A DNA stretch of 63,507 bases, the filler included, from Neoconidiobolus thromboides FSU 785 (taxonomy: Eukaryota > Fungi > Entomophthoromycota): the NCBI GenBank assembly GCA_025603075.1. It is 5 parts of 5 records of this genome, joined end to end, with 100 filler letters (N's around TTAATTAATTAA, not from the genome) between each part and the next. Parts side by side here need not be neighbours in the genome. Positions count along the whole stretch, not along the records: positions 27,036 to 44,923 come from MU626574.1; positions 45,024 to 61,027 come from MU626594.1; 3 more parts are not named here. One strand, 5' to 3'. Both the position numbers and the translations under genes were made by a program. Under the pieces are notes generated by a model, which was given only the letters and a program-made list of their open reading frames with translations, made no database searches and was not told where the DNA came from. Shown in pieces: positions 34,114 to 46,697 of the stretch. Position 1 is the stretch's first letter. Every line of letters begins with the position of its first letter.

Positions 34114-34992
34114 ATGAAATCCACTTTATCCTATACTTCATTTATCTTTGGCCTTACCTTAGTTGACTCTATCTTAGCTCAACGACTTATTCTTAGGGAT
34201 GCTGTAAAGCCAGATATTAATAAATGTTTAAGAGCGAATGTATACGACTGGGTTCAGAAAAGTAACCCTAGCGTACCACCATGTTGGATAGAAAATGCTG
34301 GTAAATATGACTGTTATGAGTATAAAACTGGTACACAATGTGATGAATGGCCTGGTATGTTTGATATTCATAAAAACCCAAATGGTTATGTCCCATCAAC
34401 CAATGTTAAACACCCTGCACAAACATGTGATCGTGCCGGTATGGGTTATATCTGCGATATAACTCTTAAAAAATGTCCGCCTTGTTGGATTCAACAAGGA
34501 GATAAATACCACTGCTACGAATACATGCAAGGTACCCAAAAATGCGATAACTGGCCCGGTTTATTTGATGTAGATAGAGGCCAAACTGTTTCTTCGAATC
34601 CGGCACAAAACCAAAATAATCAAGTTAATGTATCAAAGGATGTTGAAATCAAGCTAGTTAATTCTGATAAAAAAGCTAGACCAACTGTAACTGATGACAG
34701 CTCTGATTCTGCTTATCCTTATGATGCATGTCATCGTGGTGGTTATAGTGACCTTTGTAATGTTTTAGTAGAAGGCCATAATTGTCCACCTTGTTGGATA
34801 AGAAGAAGGGGTGGTGGTTATGACTGCTTTGAGTATAAAGAAAATACCAAACAATGCAATAACTGGCCAGGATTATTTGACGCTACTAAATCTCGTCACC
34901 GTAACAGATCTTTTAAATCTTATAGGAAAAATACGAATGGTAAAAGAAGACACTCTAAGGAAAGTCATAATCGTTATCGTAGTAGAGAGTAG
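34114..34992 (+). CDS. Secreted Cys/Trp-rich repeat protein (3 repeats) with basic C-terminal tail
   Basis: 292 aa; hydrophobic N-terminus; three PPCWI...GxYxC[YF]EY...C[DN][EN]WPG[ML]FD repeats, paralogous to the 27173 ORF. Confidence 0.9.
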   Translation: MKSTLSYTSFIFGLTLVDSILAQRLILRDAVKPDINKCLRANVYDWVQKSNPSVPPCWIENAGKYDCYEYKTGTQCDEWPGMFDIHKNPNGYVPSTNVKHPAQTCDRAGMGYICDITLKKCPPCWIQQGDKYHCYEYMQGTQKCDNWPGLFDVDRGQTVSSNPAQNQNNQVNVSKDVEIKLVNSDKKARPTVTDDSSDSAYPYDACHRGGYSDLCNVLVEGHNCPPCWIRRRGGGYDCFEYKENTKQCNNWPGLFDATKSRHRNRSFKSYRKNTNGKRRHSKESHNRYRSRE

Positions 34993-35630
34993 AGGACATT
35001 AATAAAGATGGTTTATGAAAATTGATGTTTATCTTTAATTACTTTAATTCAAAATATCGCAATTGACTGCTTATAACTCATTATTTAGAATTTATTCGAT
35101 GAATTAATGGGTTGTCATAATCTATTGATAGCATAAGTTTGTTTTTTCAAAGTTTATTAATAAATCCTGTAATTAATTTTTATTAACTAAAATACCATAT
35201 ATAGCATAATGGATCATTGAATAAGCAAGTATTATATAAGTATAAGCTATGTATTTAATTACAATATGTATCAGTATACTCATTGAAATAGATGAGTATT
35301 TTTACATATTTTGCATAGTATGCTAGTTTTAATAGTATAGAATTAAAAATTTAAAACATCAACACTACTCTATCATCTACTACAAAACTCGTCATAAAAA
35401 TATATTGCAAGTCATTATTAATATAGTTATAATCGTTACTCTATTTGATTGTCTATGTGAAAAGCTTCTAACAAAGTTAGTAAAAAGTTTAAAATTCATA
35501 AATAGAATAAAAAAGTATCGAATAAATAAATAAAAACTGCTTTGTTAATATCTATCACAAAGCTCAAAAATTAAATATAATCAAATATTAGGTTTAATTA
35601 GCTTATTTTATCCAAATAAAAAATGAAGGA

Positions 35631-36449
35631 TTAAATGGTATTGATTTCTGCTAGTTGGAACGAAACTACAAAAAATACGATATCTTCATCACCATCATAC
35701 TTACAATAGTAAGAAAGATCGTGACCATCCCAATAATCCATAACGTTTAAAGTAAAGAAAGGAATAGCTAATCCACGTTTAGAAAAATCTAAATAAGCGT
35801 TATAAAAATCTCCATGTAAAGTAAGGTTCTCATCAATATTGATTCTAGAAGCATTGTTTTCATCTGAAAAAAATCGTTGTCTTTTTTTTAATGCTTTATC
35901 ATCGTCATCTTCTTTAATTCCTGAAATAAGCGAAGTATTTTCTCTTACTTTAGCCATGCTATTTAATTTTATATCATCATCGATGTTGATGTCAAGTCTA
36001 TTAAATGCTACTAATAATTTGGAATAAGCCCATGGTTTTTCAGCTCGTAAATCAATCTTTAATCCAGGATCATACCAAGTAGCAAACTTAGTAGCAATAT
36101 CTACTAAAGGTGGTAACTTTAATTGTTTTTCAAATTGATTACCAAATAATATCTTATTAGCGTTCCAGCCTCCCTTTCTAGGTTTAAATTTTCCTTTAAA
36201 CTCAACACTAAATTTACTTTTGCTATCTAGGAAATAATCACTTTGTGGATATAATGTTTCTTTTGTTTCTGAATTTACTGGTAAACCATCATAATCAACT
36301 ATTCTTACTTTGATATAACCTTGGAAATAATCATTCTCTAAATAATGCCCATCTTTTTCTTCATTAACAGTAATTGTTTCCCATTGACTTTTATCACTTA
36401 CGTTGCCTACTTGGACTCTTAATATATAATTATCTCTCATCTTCAACAA
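35631..36449 (-). CDS. DUF1769-like fungal protein
   Basis: 272 aa; F-x-G-x-I-x-V-R-I-x-D-Y, FSVEFKGKF, LFGNQFEK..LPP, WYDPGLKIDL...PWAYS, as I recall for DUF1769. Confidence 0.7.
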   Translation of the reverse strand: MLKMRDNYILRVQVGNVSDKSQWETITVNEEKDGHYLENDYFQGYIKVRIVDYDGLPVNSETKETLYPQSDYFLDSKSKFSVEFKGKFKPRKGGWNANKILFGNQFEKQLKLPPLVDIATKFATWYDPGLKIDLRAEKPWAYSKLLVAFNRLDINIDDDIKLNSMAKVRENTSLISGIKEDDDDKALKKRQRFFSDENNASRINIDENLTLHGDFYNAYLDFSKRGLAIPFFTLNVMDYWDGHDLSYYCKYDGDEDIVFFVVSFQLAEINTI

Positions 36450-37707
36450 TGAATGAATTTAAAAATTTTGGTTACTCAACTATTACTAAATATTTTTTAT
36501 TGGTGTAATTTTATTAGATAATCTTAATCCAATTAATTATCGAGAAACCTAGTTCAAATTATTTTATTGCTTTAAATTGGTTACTAAGCAGTTAACTACC
36601 TCTTATTCTTTTTTCATTTGTTATTCTCCAAGATTCAAATAGATTTTTATTTGAGTAATCTTACTTGGGCAAGCGTTTATTCTTAGAGTTGTTGTGCTTC
36701 TTTTGTGACTTTTTTAGAGCTATTTTTTGTAATTAAGTTATTAGTACAAATATTTTTAAGCTTGGCCCTTAATTCAGCCTAATTTTAATATATATTTTTT
36801 TCTTAAATAATTAGTTAAATATGTCTCAAAAGAACTGCAACAATTGTAATAAACTTTATTTTATTTTTATATGGTTTTTTACTATCAACATATAAAATGG
36901 GCTTTCTTATGTAACTTAAGGTTGTTATAAATCAACTATAGTCATAAATAACTATCTAATTAACCACATCTACATTTAGATTATCATAACTTTCTTAAAC
37001 TATGCAAGGAAAGTCACATTTAAATTACAATAATAGTAAACGGGTTGCTATTTTCGAGAGAATTTAAACTATTATTCTAAATGAAAAACATACATTTAAA
37101 AAAACAGAATAAACTTTTATCCCACTTTCAGATTAAGACTCTAAAAGTTGTAGAATAGACATGAATTTAAAAGGCTGCTAAGGTATTATTTTGTATTTAG
37201 AGGAGAGTTTCTATTGTGCTTTGATCTCTAATTTCAAATCAAAGCAAGTTAGAAATTCATCTAAAAGGTAAAAATGCCGTTTTTTTGAATTAATATAGTT
37301 ACTTTACTAAACATATCATTTTTGGAGTTGAACTCCTTACTCTAAAGTAATAGGTGGGGATATTGAAGAATTCTTATTCTTAGGCTTAATAAATAAGTTT
37401 ATATTGTGAAGGATGTATATCATAGACAAACTATAAGTATTACATAGGACTATTTACACTAAACTTCTACACTTAGTATATATATTAGTATAGTTGAGTT
37501 GATTTAATAAAACTAATGATAATTTTATGGAAAAAATAATAAATTAAAATAATTAAGGGTTAATTATTCAAATCAGCCAATAAAAAAAGAACATTTGAAA
37601 AAAAAGTAGTTTAATCCATGTGAATATAGTGATAGGCATGGAAATTAAAATAAAAAACAAAACCCCCACAAAAGAATACAATATTATCTTTTATTGTTTT
37701 CTTTCAA

Positions 37708-38451
37708 ATGATTATAAGTCAATTTTTAGAGTTTGTTAATGAAGAGCCATACCCACAGATTATGTTATTTAGCGGTATTATGCTAACTAGTGTTTTCTAT
37801 TTGTCTTTAAATTTCAATACATTTAAAGATCCTAAAAGATTATCTTGGTTGTTTTCATTAATAACATCCACAATATTAACAATAGGCTCTATCCCATTTA
37901 TTATCAACTTAATTAATCAATATCCCGATTTTACTTGGTTAAAAACAGAAACATTTTATTCCAAGTTTTTATGTAGTTATTTTTTAGTAGCATTATCTTT
38001 AGACTTATTGTTTGGCGTTGTATATTACCTTCCATTTTTAAATATATTAACTGGCTGGATTCATCACACAAGTTATATTGTATTATTATTAATCCTTATA
38101 AATAAGAAATTAACAACTTATTATTCCTTAATGTGTCTTATGGAATTTCCTACACTTATATTAAGTTTAGGGAGTATATGGAAACCATTAAGAAATGATT
38201 TACTTTTTGGTACTTGTTTTTTTCTAACTCGTATTTTATATCATAATATTATGATTTTTACTTTTTATTATCACTTAGATTTTATGTTCCCTGTTTATAC
38301 TTTACTATTCATACTTCCTTTACATCTTCATTGGTTTCATGGCTTTATTTTACAACAAAAAAGGATGCGTGCTAAGTTAAATAAGGCTAATATAAACGTA
38401 AATTCTCCACTTCAACAATCCATTCCCTTAAATAAGAATTATAGTAAATAA
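37708..38451 (+). CDS. TLC (TRAM/LAG1/CLN8) domain membrane protein
   Basis: 247 aa, multiple TM helices, GWIHH, LMEFPTLIL, FFLTRIL motifs. Confidence 0.8.
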   Translation: MIISQFLEFVNEEPYPQIMLFSGIMLTSVFYLSLNFNTFKDPKRLSWLFSLITSTILTIGSIPFIINLINQYPDFTWLKTETFYSKFLCSYFLVALSLDLLFGVVYYLPFLNILTGWIHHTSYIVLLLILINKKLTTYYSLMCLMEFPTLILSLGSIWKPLRNDLLFGTCFFLTRILYHNIMIFTFYYHLDFMFPVYTLLFILPLHLHWFHGFILQQKRMRAKLNKANINVNSPLQQSIPLNKNYSK

Positions 38452-39543
38452 ATCAACTAATATTTTTTTTACTTTAATATGTACGATTTATAAATCTTTC
38501 TACTTATGCAAACAACACTAAAATTTGTTTTACTATGGGAAATTGTAGCCTTGATATAATTAAACGTTAATACTTCTTATCTATTGAATATATATATAAT
38601 AAATAGATAGATTTTAAATATGATTATAAGATTTATAAGGTTTAATAAAGTGGACTAAGTATTATAAAGTGCATAAGATAACCAAGGAATAGTAAAATCG
38701 CAAGCTTTTTGTTAAAATAACGAATATGAATTTTCAACCATAACAATTTTTCAATAAAAAGTCCTTAAATCAGCATTTCTAAACTTTTTTAAAATTATTT
38801 TATTCTTCAATTTAATCAACTTACAAAGTGCAACGTAATTCCATGCAATCTTATATCAAATCATTTTACTTTCTTAACTTAAATTGAAAGGGAGCCAACT
38901 TTTATAAATACTCTGTTTATAATTGAAATAACCTGCTACAAAATAGAAAAAGTGTTTAAATTAAAGATTTTCTAGCAGTACAGTGACAGTATCCTAATAA
39001 TTCAAAGAATATATCTGAAGCAATTAGCCAATGATTGGTGGAAAAACTAATCATAAGGAAAATTGATGGAACCAAGTAAAAATGAGTAGTAATTATTCGC
39101 ACTGAGATAAAAAAGCATGAAATATATCTAAATTATCAGTAAAATATTGTCCATTTTTAAGCTTAAATTTTAATAAGTTTAAAATTTATAAGCATCATAG
39201 ATGAATGTTGAACAATGATTGGTTTACTAAATGCAAATTGTTCATTATTTTACTGGTAATTTGTGTTCAAGTAAATTTTTAGTCTCTCTAAGAAAAAAGG
39301 TTTTAAATATTTAAAAAAGGATTGGTTAATAATCACAGCTTAGTTCCCATCGATTGGTTCTAGTAGTTAGCTTACAAAACCCCAGTACATTTTTGCGCTA
39401 CAGGGGAGTCATTGCTACTTTTTATCATTAAATATCTATTAACTTTTCTTAACTAAATAGTTATAGTTAATTTTAAACTTCTATTTTAATCAATTTAAAT
39501 CAATTATCAATAGTTCAATAACAATATCTTATGCTATAAAGTT

Positions 39544-42500
39544 ATGGCGGAATACTCAGATGATGAATCAGGAATAATTCGTTGCATTTGTGACTTAACT
39601 CATGATGATGGTTTTACTATTCAATGTGAAAAATGTCTAGTTTGGCAACATGCAGTTTGTTTAGATATAGATGAAGACGAAATACCAGACGAATATTTAT
39701 GTGAGCAATGCTCTCCTAGGGAGCTTGACTTTGAGGTAATCCATTTTACCTTAGTTAGAATGAATGCAAAAGGAGTGAAATGCTCATAATAACTTGAGAT
39801 AAATGCTTCATTATAATTGACTCTTTTAATAAATGATCAGTACTAACAAATTTTATTACTTTAGAGAGCGCGTGAGATTCAATTAAAGAAAGTTGCCAAT
39901 GCAAGTAAAAAAAGTAAAGCACAAAAATTAAAACAGCAGTTAGAAAGGACTAAAAAGACAGCTAAAATGGCTACAAGGAATTCTTCTAATGCTCCATCCC
40001 CAAATGCTAGTGGTACAGTTAGACCTCAACGCAAAAAGAATAATAAAAGGCATGAGATTGATAGCGTCAATGAAAATAATTCGGCAAGTCCTAAACCAAG
40101 TAATAAGACAAAAGATCACTTTGCTTATGATTCTCAAGCTGCTGAAGATCTCGTCAATAGTATTTGTCAGGTTCTACATCGTACTAAAGCTTCTATAAGG
40201 AAAAGGACAATGTCCATTCCTGGCCCTCTATATATACCCAACGTTAAATACTTACTCTCTAGTTCAGAAGGCGAGAGTGATCCAAAGAACGTATATGTAA
40301 TGGATAGTGACTTTTTGGATAGTGTACAAGCTGATGTTGAAGTTAAAAGGGTTAGTACTAGGTCTTCTAGTAAGAAGGCAGAAGGTCTATTTGTTCAATC
40401 TAAAGTCTCACCTGGTCAATTTATAGTAGAAGTCACTGGTAATGTTGTTCTAAAATCAGAATATATGGATGATCCAGATAACCTCTATGGAGTGCTTGGT
40501 ACTTGTTTTCCGGAAGTTATGCTTCATACATATCTTAACCTAGCAGTTGATTGTCGTTTCAATTCATGCCCAGCATGCCATGTTAGACGTAATTGCACAC
40601 CCAACGCTGAATTGAGGAGCTTTTTCGTTTCTGGCGTCGATACCAATGTTGTTCATCTTGGTGTCTTTGCTCTACAGGAGCTTGATAGAGGTGATGAAAT
40701 CTTTATACCGTGGACATTATCGGATGATATATTTCCTGATGGTTTGACAGAAAACAAAGAAGAATCTAGCTTTAGGCGGTCAGTTACTAAAGCTTTTAGT
40801 CGAAACCTTGAAAAATTAGATTACAATATAACTCCAGCTCAAGCTAAAGTTATGCTACAGACTATAAAAAAAGATCAATGTCCTTGTGAAAAAGAACCCC
40901 AATGCCTAATCAATAGCTTTTTTAAAGCTCGTAGGCAATTTTATTCAAAACAAAAGATACTGGAATTAGCAAAAGGTCCACTTGATGAAGTCTTTCCTAA
41001 TAGAGATACTACTCGTACTTCTATAGCGAAATCTACAACTTCTCGCTCAAGTAAACAAGTTGAAGAGATGTTTGATGATGATAGTATCTTATCAAAAATG
41101 CAAAGTGGTTCAGATACTGAGTTAGATACTTCGAATGCTACTAAGCCCCTATTTTCAGCAAATAATGCTGAAGAAGAAGCCTCTACAACTAATTCTACCT
41201 TGGATGTACTTGACGATCCACCTCAGGAAAGCCAATCTAAGAAATCTGGCTCACGTAAAAACTCAAATCCATCCAAAGAAAAGGAATATAGGCCTGAACA
41301 AGGACCTAAAAATAAAAAAGCGGATAGTTTGAAATCAAAAGAAGCTAAAACAAGCTCTGGGGGTAAAAAGGTGAATGGTTTACAGTATTCTTCGGCCACA
41401 GCAGAAAGGATTCGAATCTTAAGAACAATGAGTTTAACTAAATATTTTATAATGAAATTTAGAAAGGAAAATCCAGATAAATTTATTCCTAAACGTAGAA
41501 AAAAAACAAGCCAAAAACAAGATTCTGTTGAAGATATATTTAATTTAGATGTTGATGAAAAAGATCGTGATTTGATATTTAAATCTCCTAAAAAATCGGC
41601 ACTTAATTCTAAAGAATGTGAATTACCCATTACACCTTCAGATAAAGAAATAATACCTAAAATTAAAGATTCACCTCAAGATGAAAATGTTAGTGTACTT
41701 TCTATTGATGATCCACCCAGACAAAGTAAAGAATCATTATTAAAAGCATCTTTAGTTAAATCTGAATATCCACCAGCTTCTTTCAAATCCTTAGAAAATA
41801 GAATGACATATTCTAATTTACCGTTATCTGTATCTCCAAAGGTTAAAAAAATATTAAAGGAAATCAATTCAACAAAGTCTATCAGCTCAAAAGGATTAAT
41901 AAAAGATTCAACGCCTTCTAAAGAAGATAATAATAAACTAACACCGCATAAGAAAAAAAATAAAATGAGTTGGCAACAATTTGTAATTGATGAAGGTCCA
42001 AATACTATTCGCAAATCATTGAATGATCAAAGTAACTTTAATACTTCAAAAGCTGCTACTCCTATTGAAGTGGATGTTGATGTCCAAGGTTTAGAGGAGC
42101 CAAATATGGATACTTTAGAAGCTAGTATCTCATCTAAACCGCCTAAAGTATATCAAGCAGGAAATGAGCCACGTGATTCAAGTGTGACATCCTCCAAGAA
42201 GGGTAATAATGGTTTTCATTCAAGGACAAAATCGAATGGAGAATATCCAAGAGAAAGTAGTGTTAGAGAAGCATCCCGTTCACCTTCACCAAGTAATCCC
42301 CATTCTTTGCAAAAGATAACGAATTCAAAAACGGAAGAAGATCCATGGGGAAATACAGAAATTGAAATTAAGCCCAATGATCCAATTTATCGTAACAAAA
42401 ATCGACCAAATATTGGTTTTAATTCTAACTTTGATTCAAATTGGGGAAATAGTATGGACAATAATAATAATAATGAAACTATGCATTCTAGTCGATTGGG

Positions 42501-42978
42501 ACCTAATAATTTTAATAATTATAAAGGAGGAAACAATAATTATCGCGTACAATCCAGACATTTAGATAAAGACAATGAACGGCATTATGCTAATTCTTAT
42601 TATAAAGAAAGATACCCTCCTAATAATTATGAAAATGAATGGGAACGCAAAGTTGATAATAATGAAAGAGAGAATAACAATCGTGAATTGAATCATCGCT
42701 ATCAAAAGAACAATTATAATGACAATGGTACAGGTGTAAGTGGTGGTGGAGGTTACAAAGATCATAGACCGAGGAATTCGAACAATGGTAGTGGATGGAG
42801 AGGTAATCCATTAAGGGAGTACAATTCCCCTGGGGGAATGGGGAATACAAATACAACGAATGAAAATCATCCATATCAAGGTTATAGAGGAAATAATCAT
42901 CCCAATTATCATTATAAAAACAATAACTATTACAACAATAATAATAGGAATAATAATCAAGATGGTACAGAACCTTGA
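39544..42978 (+). CDS. SET3: Set3/Set4/MLL5-like PHD-finger + SET-domain protein; 2 exons
   Basis: Exon 1 39544-39735 is a PHD finger (IRCIC...[16 protein letters not shown]...YLCEQC); intron has TACTAAC at 39841; exon 2 39865-42978 is in frame (ELDFE-RAREIQ) with a SET-like FIVEVTG...[10 protein letters not shown]...GDEIFIPW; about 1101 aa. Confidence 0.85.
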
Positions 42979-44059
42979 GGTTAAGTTGGGTTGTAATATC
43001 AGCACAAATAATATTAAAAAGGGTTTTAGACTCATAAGAATATAATTCAGCGAGAACGTGATCTATAATAAGTAGAGCTTTAAAGTTTTAGTTATTTATA
43101 TTTTGCGTGGTAGTGATGTTATGTATTTCCTATATAAATTTATATATTAATTAACTGTTAACAAGTATATAGCTTTTTGATTTTAAACTTTTTTTTCTAA
43201 AAATTGAATACACTCTTTTTCTGGGCCTTTGGCTTTTTTTAAAATAAAATTTAAATTTATTAATTAAGCTTTAATAGTTTTTATAAAAGTTAAATAAAAG
43301 TTATGGAATAATTGAGTTTTTAAATTTTTTAAATTTTATTTTCAGAATTTTTTAGATTGTAATGTTGATTTCCTAATTTCCTAACTTTAAATTTTGCAGA
43401 TAAAGCAAAAAATATTGAATTTTGCCGTATAATCATCCCTATTCTAATTTAAACATAGATTGGAGTATTTCAATTTTGTATTTGCTCAGTAGAAAAATAG
43501 AAAAAGTCAATTCAACAATTTTTTATAGCCAATTAAAAAATGAGATATTTAACCTCTCAATTGAGACTAGTGTACTTTTGTCAATTTTCATCTCAACTTC
43601 TATTTGAGATTGAGAGGTTTGAGGCTTTTAATTGGCCATTACTATTTTTGCACATTTCAAATTCTCTCAATTAACCTTGACCAAGTCAAATATCTCTGTT
43701 TTTCCGTAATTGGGTATAAAATACCCTCAAATGCAACTAAAAATCGTCAATCCAAGTTTGGATTAGAACGGTAATATTTATGATGTGAATTTTTAGAGCT
43801 TAATATGTGATGTTTTTTACCTATTGACCTTTATATTTTTTTGAAAATTGACGAATGTAGCTCTATTTAAGTTTGAATGTGCGCCGGCAAATGATAGATT
43901 TTATAGCCTACTATTTGCTCTATCACGCTAGTTTGAGACTTGTTAATTTTATCTTTAAAATGAACGGTTAGCTAGCGCAAATTCAAACTTGAACAGTATA
44001 CTAATTAATTTCTAAATTTTACAAAATAGTAAAAAAGCTATTGGTAAAAAATATCCCAA

Positions 44060-44161
44060 TTTAGAGATTTTTTTTTGGCTTTACTTTTTCTATCTTTTAA
44101 GTACTATTTGAGTAGAGAAATTGTTAATAAAACTCTTAAATACAAAGATACATCCTCATAT
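44060..44161 (-). mobile_element. MITE-like element copy
   Basis: Family core, ends ATACATCCTCATAT. Confidence 0.7.
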
Positions 44162-44382
44162 GTTGCTTTGATTTTCTAAGCTTAAAAATCAAATAAATCT
44201 AATTTCAAGCCGTTATTTTAGGATGATTGCCTTACACAAGTCACCTTATGTATATAGTAAAGTACCCATCTAAATTATAGTATATAATTAAAAGAAGTTA
44301 ATTCACTACCTTGTGTCATTGTAATGAACATGAAAACCAAAACACATATCTAATATTCAATCAAGATAACTTTAAAGTAATT

Positions 44383-44489
44383 ATATGGGGATATTTTTTT
44401 TGGTTTGATTACGTTTTCCATTTTTTAAGTGCTATTTGAGCGGAAAAAGTGTTAGTAAAACTCTCAAATAATAAAATACGTCCCCGTAT
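44383..44489 (-). mobile_element. MITE-like element copy
   Basis: ATATGGGGATA...CGTCCCCGTAT. Confidence 0.8.
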
Positions 44490-44554
44490 ATAAAAGATGA
44501 AAACATAAAAATTAAGGAAAACCAAAAATTATAATTTATACTTAGTTTAATCAA

Positions 44555-44923
44555 TTAAAAAGATTCTTTGGTAACTACACCATTAACTTCAGTTTCCTTT
44601 TCACCTTTAGTGACACCATTATCAGTAACGGAGTGAAGTTTATGTCCCTTACTAGTGGATTCTCCATTGACAGTATTCTTTTCACTGCTACTTTCATTAT
44701 TTTCAGCATTACTAGTAGTTTGACCATTAACGGTGCTGCTACTGCTTTTGTTGCTTTTACTATTCTCACTAGAACTGGATTTGGAAGAGCTGTTCGAGTT
44801 ATTAGTAGAGTTGTTGGTGGAGTTATTATTAGTGCTCTTATCGGAAGAATTATTAGTGGAACTATCACTAGTATTCTTAGTGGAAGAATTATCAGAAGAA
44901 TTTTTACTAGTTGAGCTATTGGA
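44555..44923 (-). CDS. 3' part of a Ser/Asn/Thr-rich low-complexity protein (5' lost at the join)
   Basis: Open minus frame SNSSTSKNSSDNSSTKN...GVTKGEKETEVNGVVTKESF*, 123 codons; not in the ORF track because no start is present. Confidence 0.7.
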   Translation of the reverse strand, partial: SNSSTSKNSSDNSSTKNTSDSSTNNSSDKSTNNNSTNNSTNNSNSSSKSSSSENSKSNKSSSSTVNGQTTSNAENNESSSEKNTVNGESTSKGHKLHSVTDNGVTKGEKETEVNGVVTKESF

Positions 44924-45023
44924 NNNNNNNNNNNNNNNNNNNNNNNNNNNNNNNNNNNNNNNNNNNNTTAATTAATTAANNNNNNNNNNNNNNNNNNNNN
45001 NNNNNNNNNNNNNNNNNNNNNNN
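44924..45023. other. Artificial contig-join linker
   Basis: 44 N + TTAATTAATTAA + 44 N. Confidence 0.95.
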
Positions 45024-45177
45024 AAACTTTGGTATAATCGATCTCTAGTTCACATTACAAATTAGTTGACTACGTTACTCGAATTAATTCATGAGTTATT
45101 CTTGAGTTAACACAAGTATCCATTTAATACATAATAAAGAGAATAAATTATAGTATCATACCAATGTTCGAAATCGA

Positions 45178-45620
45178 GCTTTAAGTTGTTACTTTTCTTA
45201 CTATCAAAGATTGTGTGAAGGAGATAGTTAAGTCTCTGACTATAAACTCTGAGACAAATATTAATCATTACTCAGCTTTAGTTTGAAAACTAATAAAGCA
45301 TAGTAAAAGTCAATATATATATAATTAGTGTAATTGAGTACCAATGACATCTACCCGATAAATATAACGGAATAGTATAATAAACTTTTTTCCTTAAAGA
45401 ACACTATAATATAATCTAGATTCTTATTATAAAATAAAAATAAGCTTAAATTTATAATAATTAATAAAGTTCAAAACTGATTTTATTTCACTGCACCTCA
45501 CTTATATTTATTATTTTTTACATAATTGTATACCGGATTCTATTTGGTCTAAATATTAAAATCGATTTAGTTTACAGGCTATAAAAATATCAAGGAAAGT
45601 AGCTTTTATGATAAAGTACA
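45178..45620 (+). repeat. Young dispersed repeat, copy 1 (possible LTR end; ends ...GTACA)
   Basis: Reverse complement of 60585-61027 over 443 bp with 3 mismatches seen; probably extends left to the join. Confidence 0.85.
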
Positions 45621-46590
45621 TTAAACTAAATTACTCTAGTTTAACAACACTCTTAGGTAAGTTTTCTACCCAAGTCTATAAGAAAATTATTGACTAATTT
45701 TTATAGTTTTTTTGAATATTCATCTAAAAGGAAGATACTTTATTTTTTAGAATCTTAAACTTGAGAAGTAAGATGATTTTTAACAAATTAAAATGATAGA
45801 AGATATGATTTATTAAAGACGAGAAAAACTTTAAAAATATAACAAGGCTTTAGAGAACGAGAAAAGAAAAATCATTTTCTTGAGATAAATGTGGTAGGTT
45901 GGAAATATTATATGTGCCTTTCCTTCAAAGCCATCCTAAACTTCGAAATTTATAGTAAACTCTTTAGAGTTTTTTGGTAAATAAATTAACATTGATTACC
46001 AAGTTATTGATAATAAGGAGTAGTTTTTAAGAAATTGATCTAGCTTTTAAACTATCATTGTTGAATTTAATCAACCAATTACAATATGTCGTTAGAAGTA
46101 TAATATTATACTTTAAGTTGTCTATTTCCTTATTCTATAGCCAAATACTTTGGCTAATATTTTTTAAACTTAATGTAAACTATCCACTAATATTAGGTTT
46201 AATGCTGATAAATATTTAAATATAGATAAAGTTTTCTTTAAAGTTGTTGGATAAAGTATTGCTTTTATTAATGGTAGTGCTTTAAAAACTATTATAGAAG
46301 TTGAAATGCCAGTTCTTAAAGCCCTCAAATACAATAAAACATTTGATTTAAAAATTACCTCCTAATTCTGTGACATATTTGAATGAAATTAAAAGCTTAT
46401 ATATATTATAATAGAGGTTTACCATTTATTGAAAGGAGTTCAACTTCAGCATTAGTTCATATTGTAAAATCTTATGCAAACTGTAATGAAATATACTTAC
46501 TTAGTCTTATACTTGCATTTCAGCTGTTACTATTTTTATTAATGAGAGTTTTAGTTGGTTTTATTATGACATAAAACATATCTTTTTACA

Positions 46591-46697
46591 ATATGTAGGT
46601 GTTTTTTTTGGTTTCATCATTTTTTCTATCTTTCAAGCGCTATTTGAGCGGAAAAGTTATCAGTAAAATCTTTAAACAAAAAAATACATCCCTGTAT
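46591..46697 (-). mobile_element. MITE-like element copy
   Basis: ATATGTAGGTG...CATCCCTGTAT, 107 bp; explains the spurious ORF 46599-46847. Confidence 0.8.

Noticed and set aside
39020-39360. Several CCAAT/ATTGG boxes upstream of the Set3-like gene
   Set aside because: Plausible but a very common 5-mer; not distinctive enough to report
44555-44923. Sixth member of the GPI array
   Set aside because: The C-terminus (…NGVVTKESF) lacks the family's hydrophobic SNYLVSFFTT-like tail
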